DNA of 64,000 bases from Magnetococcales bacterium (GCA_015231175.1 JADGBZ010000007.1:1846-65845); one strand, 5' to 3'. Positions 44,568 through 53,609 are shown, counted from the stretch's first letter. Notes: generated by a model from the letters alone, not told the origin. Numbers and translations are program-made.

Positions 44568-46585
44568 CAGGCGGATATCTCCTCTTCGATGGTGCGAATC
44601 AGGCGCACACCCATGGCGTCGCTCAGTGTCGTGACGGACACCCGGTTGCGGTGCGCCACACGGCAAGCTCCAACCTGGCTGCGCCAGCTACCCCCACGGC
44701 GTACCCGGCCATCGCCAAATGGGGCGCCATGGGGATTTTTTTTTGGGCTGCGGGCATAAAAATCTTCGCTGTACCAGTCGGCTGTCCACTCCCAAACGTT
44801 GCCGATCATGTCATACAGGCCCCAGGCATTGGGCAGCTTTTTGCCGACCGGCTGGGTGCCGCCACGGGAGTTTTTGGCAAACCAGCTGTACTGATCCAGC
44901 AGGTTCGGGTCATCGCCGAAGGGAAAAATGGCATCGGATCCAGCGCGGGCAGCGTACTCCCACTCCGCTTCGGTGGGAATGCGGACATGAACCCCGCCCT
45001 GACATAACCTGGAGAAACTTCGCACCAGTTCCTGAATGTCGTCCCATAGGATTCTTTCCACCGGACAATCCTTTTTTTCCGGTACATACAGACTTTTCGG
45101 GTCACCCATGATCTGTTTCCACTCTCCCCAGGTGACCGGATGCTGGCCCATCCAAAATCCATCCAGCTCGACCAGGTGTTGGGGGACTTCATCGGAGCGG
45201 CGACCGGGCGCACCCTTGGCGCTTCCCATCAGGAAAGATCCGCCCGGAATCCAGACAAACTTCATGCCTGTTACCTGCTCTTTCCAGAGATCACCTGGTT
45301 TGCGCTCTTCGATGGGTTTGGGGGGCAGATTGTTGGCTGGGGAGACGGAAGGGGATGGGGGCGCAGGGGCCAAACCGGCAGAGACCTTGGCAACCGGCGC
45401 CGAATGGGCCGCAGCAGGCTTGGTTGCAGCCCGATTATTGAGCGATGTCGCGGGGGAAAGACGCTTGGTGTCCGTTCTCTTGGTGTTGGTGCCAAAATCG
45501 TTCATGGAAGCGATAAAGCTGCGCCATGAGTTTTTCTTGATGTTGGATCCGAAGATGGTCCTGGGTGAGTCCCCTGTTGGGGGCGGCGATTTTCCGGCAG
45601 GTGCGGAAACGGTCGAGGGAGAGGAAACGCCGGCCTTGGCAACCGGTGCTGGAGTGGCCCGAACGGAATCTTTGGTGGCGCTGAAACAACCCAACAAAAG
45701 CGGACGCCAATCCGCGATGGATTGTGGACGTTCGGTCTCAATGACCATGAGCGCTTTGTCAATGGCGGCAAGGAATGCAGGGTGGTATTGGCCCTCTCCT
45801 GCTTCCGAGGCGGATTTCATGGGGTCGGGTTCGTTGCGCAGCCGTGCGTTGATGCGAATGGCAGCATCGGGCGGTTTGGCGCCGGTGATGGCCCGGTACA
45901 ACACACCACCCATGGCGTAGATGTCAGACCATGGCCCTTGGCGATTGCCGGTGGAGTCGTATTGCTCAAAGGGTGAGTAGCCCATGCTCAACAGGCTGGT
46001 CATCTGTTCGCCGCCATGGCCGGCAATGGCTTGTCGGGCGGAGCCGAAATCCAGAATGACCGGAGAGCCATTGGCGCGAACCAGAATGTTGGCTGGTTTG
46101 ATATCGCGATGGATGAAATCCTTGTTATGGAGCACTTCCAGACCATCCAGGAGCGGGGAAATCAGACGGACGATCTCACCTTCGGACAGAACCTTTTTGG
46201 CCTTCAGGACAGCGTCCAGACTCTCCCCCTCCTCGTACTCCATCACCATGTAGGCGGTGTTGCTGTCGCGGAAGAAACTCATCACCCGGACAATGTTCGG
46301 GTGTTTGAAGCGGGCCAGAATCTGGGCTTCCTTCAGAAAGCGATCCAAACCCCACTCGAAGGTTTTGGTGTCCGTAGGGGAGTTCGGCAGGACATTGCGC
46401 CCCTTTTCGCGAACGGCGAAACCTTTGGGGAGATACTCTTTGATGGCCACCTTCTGATCCAGGTTGGTATCCTTGGCCAGGTAGGTGATGCCGAAGCCAC
46501 CTTTCCCGAGAACCTTGACGATCTCGTACCACAACAGCGTGGAACCGGGGGGGAGGGAATCGACGAATTTTGTTGAACTCATCAT
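44567..46585 (-). CDS. Ser/Thr protein kinase fused to a formylglycine-generating-enzyme (FGE-sulfatase/SUMF1) domain
   Basis: 672 aa. Kinase motifs GKGGFG, AIKEY, HRDIKPANIL, DFG. Pro/Ala/Ser-rich linker. C-terminal FGE-type domain (FWMGQHPVTWGEW, EAEWEYAARAG, WGLYDMIGNVWEW, RGGSW). Confidence 0.85.
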   Translation of the reverse strand: MMSSTKFVDSLPPGSTLLWYEIVKVLGKGGFGITYLAKDTNLDQKVAIKEYLPKGFAVREKGRNVLPNSPTDTKTFEWGLDRFLKEAQILARFKHPNIVRVMSFFRDSNTAYMVMEYEEGESLDAVLKAKKVLSEGEIVRLISPLLDGLEVLHNKDFIHRDIKPANILVRANGSPVILDFGSARQAIAGHGGEQMTSLLSMGYSPFEQYDSTGNRQGPWSDIYAMGGVLYRAITGAKPPDAAIRINARLRNEPDPMKSASEAGEGQYHPAFLAAIDKALMVIETERPQSIADWRPLLLGCFSATKDSVRATPAPVAKAGVSSPSTVSAPAGKSPPPTGDSPRTIFGSNIKKNSWRSFIASMNDFGTNTKRTDTKRLSPATSLNNRAATKPAAAHSAPVAKVSAGLAPAPPSPSVSPANNLPPKPIEERKPGDLWKEQVTGMKFVWIPGGSFLMGSAKGAPGRRSDEVPQHLVELDGFWMGQHPVTWGEWKQIMGDPKSLYVPEKKDCPVERILWDDIQELVRSFSRLCQGGVHVRIPTEAEWEYAARAGSDAIFPFGDDPNLLDQYSWFAKNSRGGTQPVGKKLPNAWGLYDMIGNVWEWTADWYSEDFYARSPKKNPHGAPFGDGRVRRGGSWRSQVGACRVAHRNRVSVTTLSDAMGVRLIRTIEEEISA

Positions 46586-46705
46586 GTAGACCGACAGCTG
46601 CCTCCGTGATCAACCGTCTCGGGGACATCCCTTTCCCTGAATCGGCCAAAACCGCCTTGCCTCCCCACCCGCTTCCGTACCATTGTGGAGAATGATCGAA
46701 AAAGA

Positions 46706-47713
46706 TCAAGGGTGATACGGATCCGTCGAAAGCCGCATCCGCAAAGCGCCGGCCTGATCTTCGAGCGCCTCTTGGGGAATGGCGCGCTCTTCGCTGTCCA
46801 ACGAGTCCATCTTGGCGAACTCGAAATGGGCGCCCTCCCACTCTTTTTTTCCCTTGACGAGGAGGGGCTGATCCAGATCCAGCTCGGGCTCAACCCGGAC
46901 TTCGCCCAGGAGACCCTGAGGGTTTGCGTCTGTATCTTCGACGTACTCGACCCCTTCTTCCTGGTCAGGTTCGGATGTCGAAAAGGTGACGGCGCCGCGT
47001 ATCCAGTCGGAGAGGGTCCAGACGATTTGTTGTACAATGTCCGCCAGAAAAAAGAAACCCTGTTGGATCACATCCGTTACAAACCAGGCGATCTGTTTGG
47101 TGGCCTCCATCAGATGCCAGACCCCCTTTTTCAGCAGGGTCATCAGCTCGGAGAGGAGATACAGCCCCCATTCCGTGAGAAAATGCAGCCACTCCAGAAA
47201 AATGCCGACACCCTGTCGCAGCAGCAACGCTGCGCTGACCAGGGCAAAAGTGGTCCATTGCCAGGAAAAACGCAGGAAGTGAAAGGTCCACTCCAACGTG
47301 CGCCGTGTGGCAAAAAAACTCCATTGCAGAGTGCATCCGGTAGCGAAAATCAACCACTGGATAGTGCGAAAGAGGGTGATGAAACTCCACTGGATGGAGC
47401 GGGCGACCATGAAAAACAGGGTCGCCAGGATGCCGCCCGACGCCGACATGACAGTTGTGGCGCCACGCAGTGAAGTGCCCCCGACGCGGCGGATGGTCGC
47501 GGAAACCGGTGCGGACATGGACCTGGACGGGCCTCGCTCCGGAGCCCGGCGCAAACTGGGAAGCTTGGGCAGTCGAATGAAAATCCTCTCCGAGGTGGAT
47601 TTCATGACAGGCCGTGAGCGGTTGCGTTTTTCCACACGTTGATTGGACAACAAAGAAGGTTTGGCGGGCACCCGGCTCCTTTTGTTACCCAATGTTCTCT
47701 TCGCGGTGATCAT
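46706..47713 (-). CDS. hypothetical protein with ~13 tandem 11-residue Trp/Phe-rich repeats and an acidic C-terminus
   Basis: 335 aa. Strong SD (GAGAGGGA) 5 nt upstream of ATG 47713. GC3 in a 29-codon sample is about 62% in this frame against about 34% for the antisense ORF. Repeats such as RSIQWSFITLF / RTIQWLIFATG / CTLQWSFFATR / RTLEWTFHFLR. Confidence 0.6.
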   Translation of the reverse strand: MITAKRTLGNKRSRVPAKPSLLSNQRVEKRNRSRPVMKSTSERIFIRLPKLPSLRRAPERGPSRSMSAPVSATIRRVGGTSLRGATTVMSASGGILATLFFMVARSIQWSFITLFRTIQWLIFATGCTLQWSFFATRRTLEWTFHFLRFSWQWTTFALVSAALLLRQGVGIFLEWLHFLTEWGLYLLSELMTLLKKGVWHLMEATKQIAWFVTDVIQQGFFFLADIVQQIVWTLSDWIRGAVTFSTSEPDQEEGVEYVEDTDANPQGLLGEVRVEPELDLDQPLLVKGKKEWEGAHFEFAKMDSLDSEERAIPQEALEDQAGALRMRLSTDPYHP

Positions 47714-47996
47714 TTGGTTCCCTCTCTCGTGGCAGTGATCCCGACACCCTGACAGGATGCCCAGACCGACTGGGGCGTATCCTTATCCCCCGCAGCGACC
47801 AACGCAATTTCCAAGCCAAATAGACAAAAATCGTACCCGACACACCAGATTCCCCTCGCGACCATGGCCGGGGATGATACAAGATCCCTCGTTGTCGCGC
47901 CATCCCAATTGGTGAAATATTCCCCCTTGATTTTCTGCTCCAGGGGAATGAAGAAACGGTTGACCTGGACCCGGGTGAAGCACCAGAATCCCCGCG

Positions 47997-48449
47997 ATGG
48001 AGGCTTTTTTGTCGACTCATCCCCTTGACCTGGTTGCAGGGATCTCTTTCCGTCAGGCGCCAGGAGAGGAGGGGTTCAGGGGGGCGTGGGGTCCGCAACA
48101 GCGGCCTGCGGCGCACTCCTTTTCCGGAAACTGGGTTCTTTGTTCCCGGTGTGCGCACCGGATCACCCGGTTTGACATGGGGTCGCGGGAGCAAGGGCGC
48201 CATGAACACGTTTTTTTCAACCCCCAGGGGATGCTCTTCCTGATCCGCTGTTATGTGGCGGCCCCGGGGTGTTTGGTCATGGGTCATCCGACCAGGGAGT
48301 TTTCCTGGTTCAAGGCCTGCGCGTGGCAGTACGCCTTGTGTGGTGGTTGCCATCACCATCTGGGGTGGCATTACATGAATGGCTCCGATGTTGCATTTTT
48401 TGGCCTGATCGTCAACAGGTTGACGTATCCACCCTCCAATCCACCCTGA
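47997..48449 (+). CDS. CULT-domain protein (bacterial cereblon thalidomide-binding-domain homologue)
   Basis: 150 aa (start uncertain). Two CxxC pairs (CSRC, CGGC) and the aromatic-cage context HEHVFFNPQGMLF...EFSWFKACAWQYALCGGCHHHLGWHY, closely resembling the Magnetospirillum single-domain cereblon homologue. Confidence 0.8.
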   Translation: MEAFLSTHPLDLVAGISFRQAPGEEGFRGAWGPQQRPAAHSFSGNWVLCSRCAHRITRFDMGSREQGRHEHVFFNPQGMLFLIRCYVAAPGCLVMGHPTREFSWFKACAWQYALCGGCHHHLGWHYMNGSDVAFFGLIVNRLTYPPSNPP

Positions 48450-48479
48450 AATTTGCCCCGGTCAAGGATCATACACGCC

Positions 48480-48902
48480 ATGATGCCATCAGCCCCCCAC
48501 AGCCCCAGTCATCCACGTTTGGGACACCTGACCCCCCACGAAGCCCATGCCATGGTGCAAAATAAAGATGTTGTCTTCGTGGATATTCGTTCGGAGATCG
48601 AACACTTTTTCGTTGGTAATCCCCCTGGAATCATCAACATTCCCTGGCAAGACGCCCCGGATTTTGAACTCAATCCCAACTTTGTCGCCGAGGTTGGCCA
48701 GGTGGCCCGCAAAGATCAGACCCTGGTTCTCATCTGCCGCTCGGGGCATCGCTCCATCGATGCGGGCAACACCCTGCTCGAAAATGGTTTCACCTCGGTC
48801 TACAACGTTCTGGAGGGGTTTGAAGGGGACCGGGACGAACATCACCATCGCTCCAGCGTCAACGGTTGGCGGTTTCGGGGCCTGCCCTGGGTGCAGTGCT
48901 GA
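48480..48902 (+). CDS. rhodanese-domain sulfurtransferase
   Basis: ORF track 48453..48902. ATG 48480 has AAGGA upstream (140 aa). Active-site loop CRSGHRS. Confidence 0.8.
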   Translation: MMPSAPHSPSHPRLGHLTPHEAHAMVQNKDVVFVDIRSEIEHFFVGNPPGIINIPWQDAPDFELNPNFVAEVGQVARKDQTLVLICRSGHRSIDAGNTLLENGFTSVYNVLEGFEGDRDEHHHRSSVNGWRFRGLPWVQC

Positions 48903-49642
48903 TGCGCGATCATCCTGTCACAGGTTTCCTCTACGCCCAACGGGGTATCAGGATTTTGACCAAACCGGGTTTGCGACGTTTTGTGGCGGTGCCGCTGCTG
49001 GTCAATTGTGTGGTTTTTGGCCTGGGAACATGGTACATCTATCAGACGTATCGCAGCACCATCGGCTGGCTGCTGGACTGGATCCCTTCCTGGCTCCATT
49101 GGCTGGAGTGGGTCATCGCCCCCATGTTTGTGGTGTCGCTGGTGCTGGTTCTCTTTTTTGCCTTCACTCTGGTGGCCAATCTCCTGGGGGCTCCCTTCAA
49201 CGGTCTCTTGGCGGATCGTGTGGAACAACTGCTCTCCGAACAGGCAACAACAGTTCCGCAACATGGGGATGTGAAACGGATTTTGAAGGAGATGCTGCCG
49301 GCCATCCTGGATGAGTTGGGCAAGGTGCTGCATGTGGTCAAATGGATGATCCCCATCTTTTTCATCACCGCCATTCCCGGGATCAACCTGTTGGCACCCC
49401 TCATCTGGACCCTGTTTACCGCCTGGTTTTTGGCTGTGGGTTACCTTGACTTTCCCATGTCGAACAATCGGCTGAAGGGAAGGGAAATCCGGGAGAGGAT
49501 CCGGGAAAAACGTTTGACAGTCATGGGTTTTGGCGTGGGGGTTCTGTTCATGAGCAGCATTCCCGTGTTGAACCTCCTCGCCATGCCGGCTGCGGTGGCC
49601 GGGGCGACGGCGCTGTGGGTGGAGCATTTCAAGGAGGCCTGA
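48902..49642 (+). CDS. cysZ: CysZ-like (EI24/DUF540 family) sulfate transporter
   Basis: ORF track 48866..49642 trimmed to ATG 48902, which overlaps the rhodanese stop (TGATG). 246 aa. GFLYAQRGIRILTKPGLRRFVAVPLLVN and APFNGLLADRVE are typical of CysZ. Confidence 0.75.
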   Translation: MRDHPVTGFLYAQRGIRILTKPGLRRFVAVPLLVNCVVFGLGTWYIYQTYRSTIGWLLDWIPSWLHWLEWVIAPMFVVSLVLVLFFAFTLVANLLGAPFNGLLADRVEQLLSEQATTVPQHGDVKRILKEMLPAILDELGKVLHVVKWMIPIFFITAIPGINLLAPLIWTLFTAWFLAVGYLDFPMSNNRLKGREIRERIREKRLTVMGFGVGVLFMSSIPVLNLLAMPAAVAGATALWVEHFKEA

Positions 49643-49734
49643 GTGGAGTCGCCCCTGGGAGATTGCCCCAGGAGCTTGCTCGCCCGGGTCGGTTTGTCTG
49701 GACGTGTTTCGAGCCTGAATAACTGGAAAACGAT

Positions 49735-51261
49735 ATGGTGACTCTGATCAATCCACCCGGAATCAAATCCCTTTCCAGTATTCAAATGCAGACCCCAAAT
49801 CTCCCCGTGGGGCTGGCCTATATTGCCGGAATTCTCAGGGAGAACAATGTTCCTTGCACGGTCATCGATGCGGTGGGGCTGGCGCTGGACAGCATCTCTC
49901 CATATCCGGATCGCAGCGATTTTCTTATCCAGGGATTGACCGAGGAGGAGATTGTCCGGCGGATCCCTATCGCGACGGACATTGTCGGTTTTGGATGCAT
50001 GTTCAGTACCTTATGGCCTGTCACACGCAGGCTTGTCGCCCGTGTCAGGCGGGCGTTTCCCCATGCCCTTCTGGTGTTGGGTGGAGAGCACGGCACCGCA
50101 GTGCCGGAGCACTCTCTGACGCACTCCGCGCTGGATGTCGTCGTTCTCGGCGAAGGCGAAAGAACGTTTCTGGCGTTGCTCAGGGCGCGTCGTCTGGGAA
50201 CTCCCTTTCACGATACCAAGGGTATTGCCTTCAAAGAGGGTGACCGGATCGTGTACACCGGTTTGTCTGAACGTCTGATCGAAATCGATGCCATCCCCTG
50301 GCCGGATTGGGAGTCCTTCCCGGTTGAGGCGTATATCGGGAAGAGTCAAAGCAGCGGCATGAACCTGGGGCGATTCATGCCGATCTTGGCCACCAGAGGT
50401 TGTCCTTATCGCTGTACATTCTGTTCCAGTCCAACCATGTGGACCACGCGCTACCTCACCCGGGATCCCGTGCGGGTCGTGGACGAAATGGTTCATTACC
50501 AGAAAAGATATGGCGCGGCCAATTTTGACTTCCAGGATTTGACAGCGATCGTCAAGCGTAGCTGGGTGATTGCCTTCTGCCAGGAGATCATCCGTCGCAG
50601 ACTTGAGATCACCTGGCAGCTTCCCATAGGCACACGCTCCGAGATCTTTGATGCGGAGGTCGTTGAGCTGATCTACCGCTCCGGGTGCCGATCCCTGAGT
50701 TTTGCACCGGAGAGCGGGGCGGAAGAGATTCGGCGATCTGTTGGCAAAAAGCTTGATCTGGATCGATTTCTCAAGGCGGTCGACATTGTCGTGGCGCGGG
50801 GAATCGCCTTGTCCTGCTTTATTGTCATCGGGTTTCCCAACGACAACAAGGAAACCCTGCGGGCCTCCCTGCGTCTGATACGCAAGCTTGCCATCATGGG
50901 GGTCCACGACGTTGCCGTTACCAAATTCGTTCCCTACCCCGGTTCGGCATTGTTTCTTGAACTCCAGCAATCAGGCGTTCTCAAACTTGACGACGAATTT
51001 TTTGTATCCCCCATGGATTTTTATACCAAAAAGGGGGCATCCTTCTGTCGGGAAGTCCCGCAAAGAGATTTGTATGCATGGATGATTTGGATGTTCCTTA
51101 ATTTCTACATCATCTCCTTCACACGCCGTCCATGGCGGGTCATATCCATTTTGTGGGAGGCGGTCACCACTGGCCGGGAAAGAGCCCGTTTTGCCAAATG
51201 GTTTGTCGACATGTTTTTGCGCAGGCGCGGATGGCGGCGGCAATTGCGCAAGGCTTCCTGA
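49735..51261 (+). CDS. B12-binding-domain radical SAM protein (class B)
   Basis: 508 aa. N-terminal cobalamin-binding-type domain (VGFGCMFS...LVLGGEH). Radical SAM cluster motif CPYRCTFC. Confidence 0.8.
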   Translation: MVTLINPPGIKSLSSIQMQTPNLPVGLAYIAGILRENNVPCTVIDAVGLALDSISPYPDRSDFLIQGLTEEEIVRRIPIATDIVGFGCMFSTLWPVTRRLVARVRRAFPHALLVLGGEHGTAVPEHSLTHSALDVVVLGEGERTFLALLRARRLGTPFHDTKGIAFKEGDRIVYTGLSERLIEIDAIPWPDWESFPVEAYIGKSQSSGMNLGRFMPILATRGCPYRCTFCSSPTMWTTRYLTRDPVRVVDEMVHYQKRYGAANFDFQDLTAIVKRSWVIAFCQEIIRRRLEITWQLPIGTRSEIFDAEVVELIYRSGCRSLSFAPESGAEEIRRSVGKKLDLDRFLKAVDIVVARGIALSCFIVIGFPNDNKETLRASLRLIRKLAIMGVHDVAVTKFVPYPGSALFLELQQSGVLKLDDEFFVSPMDFYTKKGASFCREVPQRDLYAWMIWMFLNFYIISFTRRPWRVISILWEAVTTGRERARFAKWFVDMFLRRRGWRRQLRKAS

Positions 51262-51296
51262 ATTGTACCCATTCACCATCCGCTAACGCATCGGGA

Positions 51297-51318
51297 GCCA
51301 GGAAGCCGGCTTCCTGGC
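51297..51318. terminator. perfect 22-bp palindrome between convergent genes (possible bidirectional terminator)
   Basis: GCCAGGAAGCC|GGCTTCCTGGC, between the stops at 51261 (+) and 51367 (-). No flanking U-tract. Confidence 0.45.
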
Positions 51319-51366
51319 AGGGCCTAAGACAACGTCCCGGAAGCAAACCCTCCCCAGACCCCTGAC

Positions 51367-53094
51367 TTAAAAGAGTTCGATATCATCCCCACCGTCGTCA
51401 GTCGTGGTGGCCTGACCGTCGAGTTCCGATTCGTGAATTTTTCTCTCTGAATTCATGGTGTAAAGCTTGGAGAGATCTGCAAATTCACCGGAGAGGTCGT
51501 GCAGATCTCCGTCCAGGTATTTTGTCTGATCGCCTGCCACATCCCGCATCAGCTTGCGCAGGCCGGCCAGGACGTTTGTTATGATGTCATTGATTTCACG
51601 ATGGAAATCCATCTCGGCCATCAGCAGTGTGACCTGGGTGGAGGTGGCGCGTGCATCGACCAGGGATTCGTGAAACAGGCGGATCAGGTCGTTGTTGGAG
51701 GTGTCCATCTGTTGTGTGGTCAGAGGGATCCGCCGCAACAGGGTGTTGGTGCGCATGAGCCTGGGCGTGGTGTTTTCGGAGTAACTGAGGCTGATCTTTT
51801 GGATCCGGTCCACGGCCTTGTTCAACTCTTCGCTGAGGAGAGGGTTCTCCTCGATGATGGATTTGACCAGGGAGCGGATGCTGGCGACCAGGGAGTCCAG
51901 CCGGTTGTTGCCGCCTGTTTTCATGGAAGCAGAAATGCTTTCGAGGCGCTGTGAAGTCATGATCAGCATGTCCATGGCTCGTCTGGCCTGGAAGACGCCA
52001 CTGTCAGCCTTGGAAAGGGTTTTGAGAACCTCATTGGAGAGGGTGTCGTCAAAGATTCCCAAGCGCTGCGAACCGGCCATCAGATAGGTGATATCGGTGG
52101 CGTGCTGGTGAAATCGCCGCGTGATGGAGCGGGCCTGGGCAAGTTGAGTCACCTGCTCTTCGGCGATGGTGCCGATGCTGGCCAGGTGCTCCTGCATGGT
52201 CTTGATGGCCCCGACCAGATCGTTGCAGGTGTCCTCCAATTGCCGGATGGTGATGCGGATGGCGATCAGGGACCACTGCACGGCTTTCTCGTTGGTTGCG
52301 GGGTCGTCTGCCGTGGCGGCAAGTTGCAGCTTTTCCTTGGCCTGACGCAACCCCTCCAAGGCGTGATGAACCCTCTGCGAAGCGATGTCGTCGAACTGCA
52401 TGGCCTGAACCATTTCAAAGACCACGCTGCCGACCTGGTCAGACCGTTTTTCCATGCCGGTACAAATGCCCTGGACCTTGGCAACCTCCTTGAACATGCT
52501 CTGAATGGTCTCTTCGGCGCTTTTCTGGAGACCATCCAGGGAACTTTTGGAGATTTCCATATCGGTTCCCAAACGTTTCATCAGGTGTTCGAGAACGTCA
52601 CGGGTTTCCTGGCTGGATGAGACAATTTCATTGATCAAAGGGCTGGTCTGTTCCATCAGGTTGTCGATCATGGAGCCCAGGGTATGGCGTTCCATGCGTT
52701 CGCTGTTCTGGGATTTGATCTGGTCGACCACACGGGGGAGAAAGGCCCTCTGCTCGATCTGCAAACCCCAGTCGGTGATCTTTTCCAGACGCTTGACCAG
52801 GGGGGATTTTTGGACGATCAGTTTGTCGAGGACAACGAAGAGTTTCTCCACCTCATCGTGGATCTGCTCCATGTCCTTGCGCAGCGGGTGCAACCCCATG
52901 TCGCCGCTGGAGTCGATGCGCTCTTTGATCAAGACGGCACGGCTGGCGCTGGCGGCAAAACTGCCGGAAAAATGACCCATATGATCAGCGATATTGGAAA
53001 AGCCGCCCTTGCTGGTCTCCGGGACTTTCTCCAGTATGGACATCAAACGATCCATCTTGGTGGCTATGCTCGTTCCCCCTGCTGAATCTTCCAC
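51367..53094 (-). CDS. long alpha-helical hypothetical protein with a CheZ-like F-D-D-x3-Q motif
   Basis: 575 aa. GTG start with GGGGGA 6 nt upstream. Heptad-like Leu/Ile/Glu/Lys-rich sequence throughout. MQFDDIASQRVHH at residues 232-244. No MCP signalling hairpin. Confidence 0.55.
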   Translation of the reverse strand: MEDSAGGTSIATKMDRLMSILEKVPETSKGGFSNIADHMGHFSGSFAASASRAVLIKERIDSSGDMGLHPLRKDMEQIHDEVEKLFVVLDKLIVQKSPLVKRLEKITDWGLQIEQRAFLPRVVDQIKSQNSERMERHTLGSMIDNLMEQTSPLINEIVSSSQETRDVLEHLMKRLGTDMEISKSSLDGLQKSAEETIQSMFKEVAKVQGICTGMEKRSDQVGSVVFEMVQAMQFDDIASQRVHHALEGLRQAKEKLQLAATADDPATNEKAVQWSLIAIRITIRQLEDTCNDLVGAIKTMQEHLASIGTIAEEQVTQLAQARSITRRFHQHATDITYLMAGSQRLGIFDDTLSNEVLKTLSKADSGVFQARRAMDMLIMTSQRLESISASMKTGGNNRLDSLVASIRSLVKSIIEENPLLSEELNKAVDRIQKISLSYSENTTPRLMRTNTLLRRIPLTTQQMDTSNNDLIRLFHESLVDARATSTQVTLLMAEMDFHREINDIITNVLAGLRKLMRDVAGDQTKYLDGDLHDLSGEFADLSKLYTMNSERKIHESELDGQATTTDDGGDDIELF

Positions 53095-53328
53095 TTGGAT
53101 CCCCCTTCATCGATTGTTTTTTTCCAAGCCGTTGCTGCTGCAATCCGGCCTTCCCAGAACGACAAACCGCATGTTAGAGTACCATGTATGTCGGGCTGGT
53201 GGGTAGTTCGGAATGTCCGGCAGGCGATTTTCCGGTGGGACAAGGGTTTTTGGATGGATTCCGCCGGTGTCCCGGGCAAGGGAAAGCCTACGGGATTGGA
53301 GAAACGATCAGGGAGGAGGTTGGGGACC

Positions 53329-53577
53329 ATGACAGGGGATATCGGCGGCGTATCCAGCGAGCATCTTCAGCAGACTGTCGAAAAGTTGGAGCGCCTGGAA
53401 GAAGAGAAGGGGGCTATCGCCGAACAGATTCGCGAGGCCTATGCTGAAGCCAAGGGTGTCGGTTTTGATACCAAGGTGCTGCGGATGATCATCCGCATGC
53501 GCAAAATGGATCAGCGCGAGATTGACGAGCAGGAGGCCTTGCTCGACCTCTACAAGCAAGCCCTGGGCATGCGCTGA
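53329..53577 (+). CDS. gapR: GapR-like DNA-binding protein (DUF2312/UPF0335)
   Basis: ORF track 53095..53577 trimmed to ATG 53329 (GGAGGAGG upstream), 82 aa. LERLEEEKGAIAEQIREAYAEAKGVGFDTKVLRMIIRMRKMDQREIDEQEALLDLY aligns with Caulobacter GapR. Confidence 0.85.
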   Translation: MTGDIGGVSSEHLQQTVEKLERLEEEKGAIAEQIREAYAEAKGVGFDTKVLRMIIRMRKMDQREIDEQEALLDLYKQALGMR

Positions 53578-53609
53578 TTTTCGCTTGCGGGTTAAACTGA
53601 CTATGATGA

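Noticed and set aside
46685-47473. 262-aa ORF on the plus strand, antisense to the 11-mer repeat gene
   Set aside because: It also shows an 11-codon periodicity, which is unavoidable for the complement. Its GC3 in a 29-codon sample is only about 34%, against about 62% for the minus frame. The minus ORF is longer, has a strong SD and fits the operon direction.
47685-48371. 228-aa ORF on the minus strand
   Set aside because: Overlaps the CULT-domain gene on the opposite strand. The plus-strand product has an unmistakable cereblon-type motif set, while the minus-strand product is Pro/Arg/Gly-rich with no features.
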